Shown: in pieces, positions 10,407 to 22,619 of the stretch
Numbering within the stretch: the first letter of the stretch is position 1
Layout: each line of letters opens with the position of its first letter
Notes under the pieces: model-generated
The model's input: the letters and a program-made list of their open reading frames with translations, nothing else
The model's database searches: none
What the model was told of the DNA's origin: nothing
Made by a program: the position numbers and the translations under genes
Assembly (NCBI GenBank): GCA_951406725.2
Contig: OX597819.1
Location: forward strand, 29,698,001-29,762,000
DNA length: 64,000 nucleotides
Reading direction: 5' to 3'
Origin: Octopus vulgaris
Lineage: Eukaryota

Positions 10407-13400
10407 GCGGTTCAACCTGGGTATTATGCATGATTGCACTAGGAAAATTTTGCTCTTCGTCATGACAGAATGACGCTTTATAAGTTTCTAGTGGTTTTCA
10501 ACGTGTTATAGCATCCAGTCGTTAGATGTTTCAATATATTTGGTCAGTCAAATTGTGATGGTTTTGTAAGAGATTTCAAATTGGATCAAACTCCGATCCC
10601 TTTGAACTCTGGGAAGATAAAGACGATCTGTATCCGCATTTAAGTGGTGTACCTCATTGCAAGAGAGCAACTTACGTATTTTCCTGTCAATTTTCTTTTA
10701 TTTCGATGATATTCCAGTTCAACACATTGAAACTATAATAACGACTGGAACTGCTAAGGAATTTATGGCTAACACCTTATTACCTGCTTTTAATTTTAGG
10801 ACAGCTCGAACTCTCTGGTAATATTCCTTTCTGATCTTCTTTTTCATGTTTGCATGCTGGATGCCAGAGACCTAATTTATTCCGAGGTATTTTTAAGTTT
10901 GCACCTGCTCAATTTCTTTTATCTAACACCACTGAATGTGAGGTCTTCAATTTCCTTTTCTGGAAATTGGCCTTGGCACATTTGTGAAAACCAAATTCCA
11001 TCCCGATGTCTTTACCGAATGCTTTCACAGTACGTAATAGGCCTTAAAGCTCATCATTGTCTTTGCCATAGAATTTTAAGTCATCCATATAAAACAGATA
11101 GTTTGCATCCTTATTGTTAATTTTATATTTTTTCTGTTAAATTCACTTCCCATAGCAGTAGAGCAACGAAACTTGGCACAGTTATTAGTCTTTTTCTACA
11201 TAGGAACCACCCAGAGTTACGCATTTCTCCCATCGTTTCATGCAGCTCTGAAGACCGTTTCTGTAGAAGACACCAGCTTGGTCCTCCAGCCACGACGTGA
11301 CTTCAGAAATCAAGGCTGCATCATCTGGGAAACGCTTTCCTTTCAAAAACAACTTCATGGCTGGGAAGAGGTGAAAATCAGAAGGTGCAAAGTCAGAAGA
11401 GTAGGGGGATGGGGGAGGAGTTCATAGCCGCACGCCTGTGCTTCTGATCTGGCGACACGCGAGTTGTGGACCGGAGCGTTGTCCTGCAGGAGGAGGATGC
11501 CTTTGCTGATCTTGCCCCGCCTCTTGATTTTGATAGCTTCTCTTAATTCCCTCAAAAGTGAAGCATAATAGGCTCCTGTAATTGTGGCACCATTTGCCAG
11601 GAAATCTGTCATCACTACTCCGTCCTGGTCCTAGAAGACTGTAAGCATGACCTTGCCAGCGGAGGGCTGCACCCTTGCCTTCTTTGGAGGAGGGGAGTCA
11701 CGGTGCTTCCACTGCATTGACTGGGCTTTGGTCTCTGGATCATAGTGATGGACCCAGGTTTCATCCTGTGTAATCAGTCTTTTGAAAAATTTTGACTCAT
11801 CTTCTTGGCACATCTCCAAATTCATCCTCGAGCAATCGACGTGTTCTTGCTTCTGGAAAGATGTGAGCAACCTGGGAATCCATCTGGCAGACACCTTTTG
11901 CATATGCAAATGGTCATGAATGATAGTTTCCACAGACCCGGTACTAATCTTGACCTCATGGGCTATTTCGCGAATAGTTATGCGTCGATCTTCCAAAATG
12001 GCAGCCTCAACTTAACGGACAGATGCCTCATCAATGGCAGAAGGAGGCGACCAGATCTGGGAGCTGTTTCCACAGAGTTCCAACCATGTTTGAATTCACG
12101 ATGCCAGCGTTTTACAAGGTCATATGATGGGGCATTATCACAATAAGTTACTTTCATTTCATCAAAAGTCTCCCGTGGTGTGCGTCCTTTCAAATACAAA
12201 AACCGGATCACTGCTTGACATTCAACAGACTCCATTTCACACTTGACTCAGTTCAAACACCTGTAAATCAGAAACCACAATTAGTTTAGAGCTGTAACTT
12301 GCCACTTAATCTATAGAGATATATATAATTGCACACGCAAAATTTCAGCTAGATCGAACAACTTCAAGTGGATCAGGGGCATTACTTATTGAACGCCCCT
12401 CGTATTAACGCTATTCAAAAAATTAAATGTGAAAGTGAATCACCATGGAGAATGCCGCAGTTGATATTAATATTATTTGAAGTCAGTAAGCCATTAGAGT
12501 GGTATAATTGGTGATTCGTATTCCATAATGACATGTTGTGCTTCAAGAAATTTGAAATTACAGGAGAAATTTTGAAGGCATCCAGCGATTTCAAGATCTG
12601 TGAATGCGGGATGCAGTCGAAGACCTTTTTATAATCAGTCCATGTGTTACTGAGATTTCATGCGATTGATTAGGAGTTGACCTTTACATCCATATGAGCC
12701 TCTTTAATACCCTTTTTTGTTCAGTGGGGAAATCGTTGTATTCAATAAATGCGTAAGTGTTCTCCACTGAAGATGGATGTTAAAATCTTATACGTGATAG
12801 ATCGATAGGTTATAGTCTGATATTTTTGGATAAATTTGGTTTTCGTTATTCTTTGGAAGTAGGTAAATTATAGCACTTGCTAAACAATCAGGTGTTTTCT
12901 CATTGAATAGCTGAACTAGCTTTTCGTGTGCGCACGGGAACGATGCGAACTAGAAATTTGGCACCCTATCTGTACCAAGGGTATTTCCACTTGTGAGCCT
13001 TCATGTGTGTGTCATTCTTAGGTCTGCTATTGTGATGTTTTCTCATGCTTGTTCTGGTAAATTTTGGTAGGATCCTTCAGGGAATCTGATCCAGTCTGCA
13101 TTTTCATTGTATGTCCTTTCATCACTCTAAATATTTTCCAAAAGTGTTCAACTTCATCAATGGGAGTGGAGTTCAACGGTTATTTTCTTATTCCCTATTT
13201 CTCTGAAGAATACTTTTGCAGTGGAAATAGCTGATTTTGCCCGTAAAATTTGTTTCTTTTGCTTGGAGGCTTTGTTCTATGGTTTCTTTTGTTGAAAGCT
13301 ATGTTTTCTCTTCATCTTTCTTACTTTTTTGAACGTTACATTGTTTCCACAGGTTAGTATATTTAATATTGATATTTCACCTCTCATTAATTAAATATAT

Positions 13401-13790
13401 CTTTCAATTTTACTTCTCCAGTTTGGAATTCTTCTGTGAGATCAGGTTTTAATTCTTGTATGATTTCTTTTGTCACATAGTTGCCAATATAATTTTTTTT
13501 TCTTTTTGAATTGTATTTGAGAATTCACGAAGTGGTTCTCTATCAAGCATATTGGCGCGTCTTACAGCTGCAAACATATTCAGGATTTTCTGCTTCATTT
13601 CCACCGTAGACTCTTAGAAAATGAGTGGTCTCCAAATATTGTTTCTTTACTAATTTCCTCGCTATCTTTACCAGGTTCATTACAATTTATTTCTCCAGAC
13701 ATTTGATTGTTCTGGCCATTTGGCAGTCTTTCAATTGAGACTCAAAGGGTTGCTCTTTTAGCATGATTCTTCATTTCCTTTCTGTCATAT
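10407..13790 (-). mobile_element. Degenerate Dong element interrupted by a mariner insertion
   Basis: 10407-11110 and 12406-13790 are homologous to successive parts of the Dong at 40485-44430. Confidence 0.8.
11140..12402 (-). mobile_element. Mariner transposon with frameshifted DD34D-type transposase
   Basis: Three overlapping ORFs (11978-12235, 11631-11996, 11355-11615) with WIPRLL, ITQDETW and LLQDNAPVH; TIR ttattgaacgcccctcg followed by TA at the right end. Confidence 0.92.
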
Positions 13791-13791
13791 A

Positions 13792-14345
13792 TTGGGTTGT
13801 CCGGAATGTACGTCCCGATTTTTAAAGGAAAGAAAAAGGCCTATAAATACTTGCCATTACAATTTTAATCAACCAAATATGAACCATTTTGTTGCACAAT
13901 GCGCCTCCATCTTTCGTTTAACTTGAAAATACCCTCTTCCCAGAATTGAGGTGGTTTCATGGCAAATAATTCATCATGGTATCTTTTTACGTCATCCAAG
14001 GAATTGAAATTTTTACCATTAAGACTATTTTGCAGAGACCTGAATAAGTGGAAATCCGAAGGAGCAATATCTGTGAATATGGAGGGTGTGGTAACACATC
14101 CCAGCCGAACTGCAACAATATTTGTCTGGTTCCCAAAGCATCAAGTGCCGAAAATGAACATTCTTATCTTCCATTTTAAAGGGTTACAGAATTAACACTG
14201 CTTATAGGAAAATAGACCTTTTCCCACGAAAACTGTGCTCAACATGCAGGTGTAGTCAAATCCTATTATATGAACTCAACCATATTCTAAAATAAGTCGA
14301 AAGGTAAGCTACTATAAATCGGCACGAACTTTCCGGATAACCCAA
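13792..14345 (-). mobile_element. Internally deleted mariner
   Basis: TIRs ttgggttgtccggaa.. / ..ttccggataacccaa flanked by TA; minus-strand remnant HPPYS.DIAPSDFHLFRSLQ. Confidence 0.88.
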
Positions 14346-14399
14346 TATTTAGGTCATTTTCCATTGCCTACCTGGTCGCTTGTTAGAGTTGAGAAAAAA

Positions 14400-17300
14400 C
14401 AAAACAAACCTTCCTACCAATATGGAAATGGATGAAGACTTCCCCCCGTCACGGGCAACAATACAAGGGAAGGGGAGGAGAAGAAAAACAGGAGAAGAAA
14501 TAGTTTCGCGTGTAGAGAAACGACTCATTTGCGAGCTCGCTGCCCACCAACGGACTCTACTACTGTCTACACCGGGACAAGAACCACAAACATCACCAGT
14601 ACCGGCAAAACTACTAAAGACATTAACCACCCTCGGGAGATACAACGAAAATTCTCCTACCCGCCTCAAACGAAACAAAAATACACACACAAGATTATAA
14701 ACATACATACAGACGTAAACACACTTACAGCAGCAGACCCTTCATCAGTGAAAACGAAAGAAAACCAATATGTCAAAAAAAAAAAAAATAGCAAGCACAA
14801 GAGTAAAACTCCACAAAGCATAACAACACCTACAATAAAAATACAGACACCACCCACGCAAACATCTCCCTCAAAACACCAACACAACCAACACAATCAC
14901 TATCACCAGAACAGAATTCCCCAAACGCAAACAACCTAAACAAGAACACAAACATCTAAATCTACAGACACCACACTCACTGCACACATAGAAACAGAGA
15001 CAACAACAGCAAGGCCCTCACCACTACAGTGAAGCAAACAATTAAACAACACCAACACAAAACACTCAATCCGTACACATCAGAACGGACAACGAGGAAC
15101 TGAAAATACTCGTAACGCAAAAAAAACACCGAATTTGAAACAGGAAGAGGGTGATATTCGAATCGAACACATTTTGTGTACCAGAAGATTTGCTTCTGGT
15201 GCGAATATCTCTTGATTCCTTCACAAAACTTCGGGAGATTTTTCCAGTGGACGCGGAAACCCCGAACGTGAGACCCACATCGAGGAACTGACAGGGATTC
15301 CTAAAAGAGACTCCACCAATTATAGAAGTCGAACCACCCGACCTTACCAAGACACAGGGAGGTAAGTAAACCTTTCCCTTCTCTCTTTAGCTTGCCAACA
15401 TGGCCATACAAAGAATAGGATTTTAAAATGTTGGAGACCTGGGGTTGCCCTGGAAGCAGGGGCGCCTGCTCAACGTCTTGTGGTTTCTAGAAGTGGATAT
15501 AATTGCTGTCAGTGAGACAGAATTTCCAAAAACATATGCACTTTCCCCCATATTCGACAACTATCAAATTTTTGCATTGTTAGTCGGCCGAGAATGGGAG
15601 GTGGAGTAGCAGTGCTGTTTAAGAAAGAACTGAATCTCGTGGTAAAGTCGATTTCCAGGATTCGGACGGGAAGTTGGTAGATCTGGACGTGACCAGTAGT
15701 GAAGGTAGTGTCTTTAAACTGGTGTCCGTCTACGCTCCTACCGGATCCAAACGACCGGATTCCTTTTGGCGTCTGGAAGCCTTTCTAGGTACGTATCACT
15801 CTTTACAATTTGTAGGAGACTGGAACGGAATCTTAGATCAATGTAGGGATTGTGTGGGAGTAGCTGAGAGTAGAGTGGGGTGCAACAAGCCTCAAGCATC
15901 TCATCAGCCAGTGCCAAATGCCTGACAAGTACCGACGAGATTTCCCTAATGAACGTGTGAACGTGGACCAACCGCTCAGGGTCATGCGGATCATATATAG
16001 TTAGGATTGTCACTAGGAGTAATAGTGTAGGATGTTCACTTTTTAAAACGGTCACCTATTCAGGCCGCAAGTTTGAAATCTATACGATCGACCTAGATAA
16101 GACGCGTAGGTTAGGACCAGGGTACCGGAAGCTGAACATGTCGTTTCCGACACGTAAGGCTTACAGGGACCGAGTCAGCAATTTAGCGAAGCAGTAGTTG
16201 ACAGGGAGGAGTCATCAACAACAGGTGGTGGGTGGCTCTGAAAAAGAGATTGCAGTAATGTCGATAGGGTGTAGCAAAGAAACAGCGTTAGAAAAATAGA
16301 AAAGAGGAGGGGTTAGTAGCTAAACTAGACGAGACTATTTGTAGTGGCATTGCAACCGACGTGCTAGCAGCGAGAATGGCATTAGATCATTTTTCAATGC
16401 GAAACTTGAAGGTTGCATTGTTAGAGCTAAGGCGCGTGCTCTAAGAAACGAGGGTATCAAAGCTGCTCGATGGGCCCGCGTGGCGGAGGTGCAACGTGGT
16501 GACAAACCCCAATTCAGTCTTTGACGGACTAAGACGGACTGAGACGGACACTAGCTGAGCGATTCCATTCAGATGTGTGAGGCCTTTCGCCAGCACTTTC
16601 CTCGGTTGTTCGGAGAGAGTGGTGGGGTGGAGATTGTGGCGGACTTCAGTCACTACCTCGACGGCTTGCCGCGTCTCTCGGTGGCCGACACCGAGCGCTG
16701 TGAAAGGCAGATTACTTCAGCCAAAATTCAGGATGCCCTTGTCGGCTGCACAGAAAACAAGTCGCCGAGTTTAGATTGTCTACCCTACGAACTTTACCTA
16801 AATATTCCAGACTTGTTATCCGATCTCCTCGAAGCGCTCTTCTGCAACTGGCCGCAGAACGGGAGTATTCACAGTTCTGTGACCTGGGACGTAGTGACGC
16901 CGATAAAGAAAGACGAAAGCCAGAGGAACACCTTAGATAACTTCAAGCCCGTAACTCTGCTTAGCACAGAGTTTAAGATGTTGGCCAAGGTATTAGCAAA
17001 CAGCTTGGTGCTTGTCGTTGAGGATTTGATTGGGGAGGTGCAAACCTGCGCAAGCCCAACTAAATTCATACCCGACAACCTCCACCTCATGCGATACATT
17101 ATAGAACGTGTAGAGTGGGACGCTGATCAATTTAGGTCAATCGAAAACATATGATAGGGTCAACGATCGATATCTAGAGGCTGTCCTCAAAGTGGCTGGC
17201 TTCGGCCCTGTCTGCAGAGGCTGTATCGCTACAATGCACAACAGCATCTACTCGGTAGTAAAAGTTAATGGCCACCTTTCAGAACGTTTCAGATCTCCCG

Positions 17301-18740
17301 ATCGGTCTATCAAGGGTGGCCTCTCTCCTCCCTTCTGTACGTATTGACTCTTGAGCCTTTATTGTGGAAGCTGGAGAAGCTGCAGGGCATGCCACACGAA
17401 GCGAGAGGCAGAAAAGCTGTGTCGGCAAATGCGGACATCACCATGATAGTGTCGGAAGTTCAGAAATCAGGGTAGTCGGCACATCATTAGAGGAATATAA
17501 AAAGTTGACGGGAGCAAAACTTAACCCGGATAAGTCGGTGGGATTGCAACTGGTGAGGTTAGTCCATGCCGTCCAACAGCGTCGTTGGACTCGGGAAGGA
17601 CAGACCGGTAAAATTGCTTGGGGTTTCGTTCGGACCAGACCTCTCGGTGGATAAGAATTGGGACGAGGTGGTGAGCAGGGTAGCCAGTCTCACCCTGAAA
17701 TCGGCTGGGAAGAAACTATCATTAAAGAGTAGAGCGGAGGTGGTGAATGCGTACATCGCGTCCGTCACATAGTACCGCCTCACCAAGTTGGAGTGCTTCC
17801 TATTTATCTGCTGCCAACATTCTCTACGCGGAGGGCTGGGCATGCCGTGCCTAATGATATGCGTTGAGGCTGCGGCATCTCCAGATATTCTGTCTAAACG
17901 GTGAACATAATGTGGTCACCGTTTATCGTCTCCCTCACTGAGCTGCACTACTGGGTCAAGAAGAGACCGAGGCAAGGTGACTCGCATCTGGAATGTTGCC
18001 AGGCACTCGTTGCCCCCTACCAGGCGGGCAATGCGATCAGTGGAACATCCACTCTTGAGTTCTATAGAGGGTTAGTGAAAGGAAAGGACGATGACGCTCT
18101 TGGAAAGACGCCAGTCGTTGACGAAGTCGAACTCACGAGTTTGTTCAGGAGGACTTTCGAGCCGGGGACGATGGATAACTTCCAGAAATCCCTAGGCTGG
18201 CAGTGCTACCGGCGGGGGGAAGGCACTACCGGTTCGAGATAAACTCTACAAGCACAGAACTGCTGTCAAGCTGACCTGCTCGTGATGCGTGGAGCTGTTA
18301 TCATGTATAGGACAGATCCGGCTATCGGTCGAGTGTATAGTGAAGATCGATCCGCCGCCTTCCATCGGTCCGGAAGGGCAGGCAATTTTCCTCTGTCTGA
18401 TAGCAGTAGCGAAAGTGGTTGTATCGTGGACAGGTTGGAAAGACTGAAGACAGACACTTTTCTGTTCGGTTAATCCCCGCTCAACTTTTTCAAGTTTCAC
18501 TTGGAAAGGAAGATGAGGGTAGAGAGAGAAGCGCTGCCCCCAGTACATTTTCTAGAAGGTGAGTAAATGTAGCGAAAGTGGCCTGTGTGAGTAGACCTAC
18601 TCTAATAATGCACCTGTAGGCTAGTGAATTTGCGAGGGTAAAGAGTGCCCTTCTCAGGTGCCCTCGAACCATCGAATCGTTCAGAATTGGTGGGGAACCT
18701 CAGCTCACTCCAATTGTTTACCCCACCCCCTATTAGGGAA
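14400..18740 (+). mobile_element. Degenerate L1/Tx1-clade LINE (ORF1 end, APE endonuclease, RT, C-terminus)
   Basis: DIIAVSET, GGVAVLFK, VSVYAPTG and GDWN (APE); KSPSLDCLPYELY and NFKPVTLLSTEFKMLAKVLA (RT); many stops. Confidence 0.9.
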
Positions 18741-19114
18741 CTTTCGGAATCGTAACATATAATTGCCACTGTTTATATCTCGCTCAGAGATTTAATATAG
18801 CTTATTTCTTCCGTTTCGAGATCAACGACAGTTTGTCGCAGGAAATGTGTTTTCGTCACTAGCTGGTGATTAACACACGCTGAGGACAGGTAACCACCAA
18901 CAAACTCGAGTCCGTGTATCACGTAAGCCTAGAGGTGGGATCGATGACCTCCTGTCGCAAGTACTAATCGGACACAGGATGTGTCGTTAGCCAGCTGGAA
19001 GAGATGTGTTCCTAGCGCTATAAATATCAGTAGCACTGTCCTGTATAGGACGCCACACTTGGATGGTAATTATATGTTACGATGTTTATATTTCGCTCAG
19101 AGATTTAATATAGC

Positions 19115-19152
<38 letters not shown>

Positions 19153-19248
19153 TCATACATACACACACACATGTATGCAACTATATATACACATATATAC
19201 ACATCTCTACATATATATGTACCTACACACATACACATGTATATTTCT

Positions 19249-19289
<41 letters not shown>

Positions 19290-19394
19290 GTATATGTACC
19301 TGTATGTACATGCATAGAGAAAATGTGGACTATTAGATAACTTACGTTAGTTACATTTTGCAAAATTATGCCAGAAACCTAAATTTTATTTCAT

Positions 19395-19815
19395 TATAAA
19401 AAATCGTCCAACGCCGCAGACTTCCTTTCCAATCTAGAGCAAGCAGAGCTAGATCCAATGAACGGCAAAAAGCCACACTGCATGACAATTTTCCACTGTG
19501 AGAGGTCCCTCATCTGGGATGCCACATAATGCGAAGGCAACTTGGTGTGTTCAACTGCCAGCCCAGGCTTCACTGCTCATCGGACCGAGAAGGGCAAACT
19601 ACTAAAGTATTGGTTGACCGCTGACAGATTTGTGGTTGAGCCTGTGGCAATGGACACCTCCAGCGTTCTTGGGCCCCAAACTACACCCTGCACGCCGCTA
19701 CTGATGCCAAGAAAGCTATCTGCAAGTCCGAGGCTAGTGAATCAGAGTGATTGTTCCAGAGCGTCTCCCTCACCATCCTACGAGGCAACACACTTTCCAT
19801 TTGTAGAATAAGTGG
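19395..19815 (+). mobile_element. CRE-type non-LTR retrotransposon 3' fragment (REL endonuclease)
   Basis: NGKKP..MTIF..SLIWDAT, EKGKLLKY, VEPVAMDTSSVLGP and FQSVSLTILRGN, typical of the CRE C-terminus. Confidence 0.7.
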
Positions 19816-20380
19816 AGACAGAAAATATTTTGTGTGTTCTCATAAAATGAAATCATGCGTTTCTGTGATCAAGTATAATAAAGCCATTTCTGTTGATCGC
19901 CGCCGCGTTATTTTTTTAGGTCATCAAACTATCATACAAGAATGACGCAACATACAAAAGAATTTGAGCTTTGTACATAAAACTATACAAAATTCTCGTT
20001 CCTTTGAAAGGCAGTATTCACACAAAAGGCTATACACCCTACGCAGTTTGTATGAAAGATAAATGAAAAAAACCCCAAAAAAACAAGGGCGTTTTGACTG
20101 AAACGTAATTGGAGCCGTAATCGAATACGAGGCGTACATTTCCACTAAGATATAAATACAGGTTTCAATCCCACGTATACTCGGGTTATAAAATGTTGGG
20201 CGTCCAGAAATTGTAAAGGTTGATAAATGTTTTGAGGATATGCACTCATGGACGAATTTTAACCTTATTCAAGTACACTTTCTTCTTGACCAAAACATTG
20301 TTTCTTAGCTTTTTAGAAACGATCCAAGTATAGTAACCCATCTAAGAAACTATAACCATCACACACACACACACGCGCAT

Positions 20381-20438
<58 letters not shown>

Positions 20439-21029
20439 TTGTGTCAAGAACATAGTCCTTCAAAGGACGCTAGCATCCTCGTTTTCTGGTTTATACCAGT
20501 GTTCAGTGAAAATTTTATATATTAATTTTGCATTGACATATATAGGTATTCTACATAGGAGCTACGCAAAATTTTGTTAAGAAACGATCTCTAAATATCT
20601 TTACACCTTTAATACTAGGAAGAGGTCTTCTACCATTCTCAGTAGATTTATTTTGGACTTGAAAGACAAGAAAAAATGTTTTTCTGTGGAGTGGGAAATT
20701 ATAAGCAAGGTAACTGCTTTTAAGCCTGAAACTCATTTTGCATCCTTCTGTCTAGAATTATTCTAAGAGACATCTCTTAAATGTTAAATTAGAGAGTGGT
20801 TTTTCATGTGTTCACTCATGTAAATGGACTCTTAGAAACTACTATTAAATATATAATCATCATATATATATATTAACATTTAATAAAATGATGTAGCGTG
20901 AAACGATCGTACCAAATTACCGAAGTTATTCTTGTTGCTTATTTTGATTATAATCACCCCATGGATTTATATGGATAACACCATACAAAATTCTGGTGCA
21001 TCTATATATATATATACAAGTATATATAT

Positions 21030-22025
21030 ACAATATGAAATTTGTTGTAAGGCATGTGGTAAACATTTACTGCTGCTCATTTTGCGCCGTTATCATATTT
21101 TGACAATCTTTATTTTTTGTTAGGAAGCTGACTAATGTGTTTCTTAATTCTAACACATTTTGTAATTTATAATGTATTTATAAATTGTCCTTTGCTATTT
21201 TTGTTTAGAGATGGATAAGTCGGAAATTCGTACAGTTTTGAAATATGAGTTCTTTCTAGGAAATATAGCATCACAGACAGCTCGGAATATTAATGGAGTA
21301 TTTCATTCTAATGTTGTTACACAGTAGACAATGTCAAATTGGTTTGCAAAATTTCGTTCTGGTAACTTTGACCTCACAAATGAGCAACGCGGTCGACCAG
21401 AAACAAAGGGGAATAATGAAGAACCGAAATACACCGTCGAATCAGTTCTATCTCAAAGTGCCAGTGAATTATCGTTGTTGTTTGGTGTTATCAAGCAAAC
21501 AATATTGACTCACCTAGTTCAAATCAGTAAAGTGAAAAGGTTAGATAAGTGGTTTCCACATGAACTCAAAGAAAATCAGCAACAGCAACGTTTGGAAGCC
21601 TGCATTCAGCTACTTTCTTGAAAGAAAAATGAATCATTTTTGAATCGAATTGTAACATGTGATGAGAAATGGATCCAATACAACAACTGTAAATGTTCAG
21701 CACAATGGTTTGACAATGACGAGCCACCAAAACAGTTCAAAAAGCAACTGACTACTTCTTCCAACTGACTACCACTTCTTCCAGAATTTGGATAACTCTT
21801 TGATAGGAAAGAAATTTAATTCCGATGATGCTGTAAAACAGGCTTTCCCCAATTTTATTGACTCTAGATTGCCAGGCTTTTACAGTTTCGTGCTGGACAA
21901 GCTGCCGCTGAAATGGCAAAAGTGTATTGACTTTATGGGTGCATATTTTGATGAATAAAACTATTGCTTGCATTTATAAAACATTAGAAAACTTTTTCTT
22001 TTCTATAAATTTCATGCTCAACGAC

Positions 22026-22030
<5 letters not shown>
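21030..22030 (+). mobile_element. Degenerate mariner (Hsmar1/SETMAR-like) with an internal deletion
   Basis: MDKSEIR..WFAKFRSGNFDL..RGRP, WFPHEL, RIVTCDEKW, TDYHFF; right TIR ends ..acgacctaa followed by TA. Confidence 0.88.
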
Positions 22031-22104
<74 letters not shown>

Positions 22105-22106
<2 letters not shown>

Positions 22107-22465
22107 ATGGAAGCACTCCGTCGGTTACGACGATGAGGGTTCCGGTTGATCCGAATCAACGGAACAGCCTGCTCGTGAAATTAACGTGTAAGTGGTTGAG
22201 CACTCCACAGACACGTGTACCCTTAACGTAGTTCTCGGGGATATTCAGCGTGACACAGAGAGTGACAAGGCCGGCCCTTTGAATACAGGTACAACAGAAA
22301 CAGGAAGTAAGAGTGAGAGAAAGATGTGGTGAAAGATTACAGCAGGGATCACCACCATCCCCTGCCGGATCGCTCAATAAACACTCACAACGCCCGGTCT
22401 GGGAATCGAAACCGCGATCCTATGACCGCGAGTCCGCTGCCCTAACCACTGGGCCATTGCGCCTC

Positions 22466-22468
<3 letters not shown>
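22105..22468 (-). mobile_element. tRNA-derived SINE (OR-like)
   Basis: Head with A box TGGCCCAGTGG and B box GGTTTCGATTCC; sits in a (TA)n/(CA)n tract. Confidence 0.85.
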
Positions 22469-22529
<61 letters not shown>

Positions 22530-22532
22530 TGT

Positions 22533-22582
<50 letters not shown>

Positions 22583-22619
22583 ATATATATATAGTTGAGA
22601 AAGTTGGTTTGTGAAAGCA

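Noticed and set aside
19341-19356. 16-mer cttacgttagttacat shared with about 28304-28319
   Set aside because: Too short, the flanks do not align, and no function is supportable.
19924-20145. Minus-strand Cys-containing ORF or exon in the duplicated block
   Set aside because: The paralogue at about 55060-55190 shows mostly non-synonymous changes and has lost the donor site.
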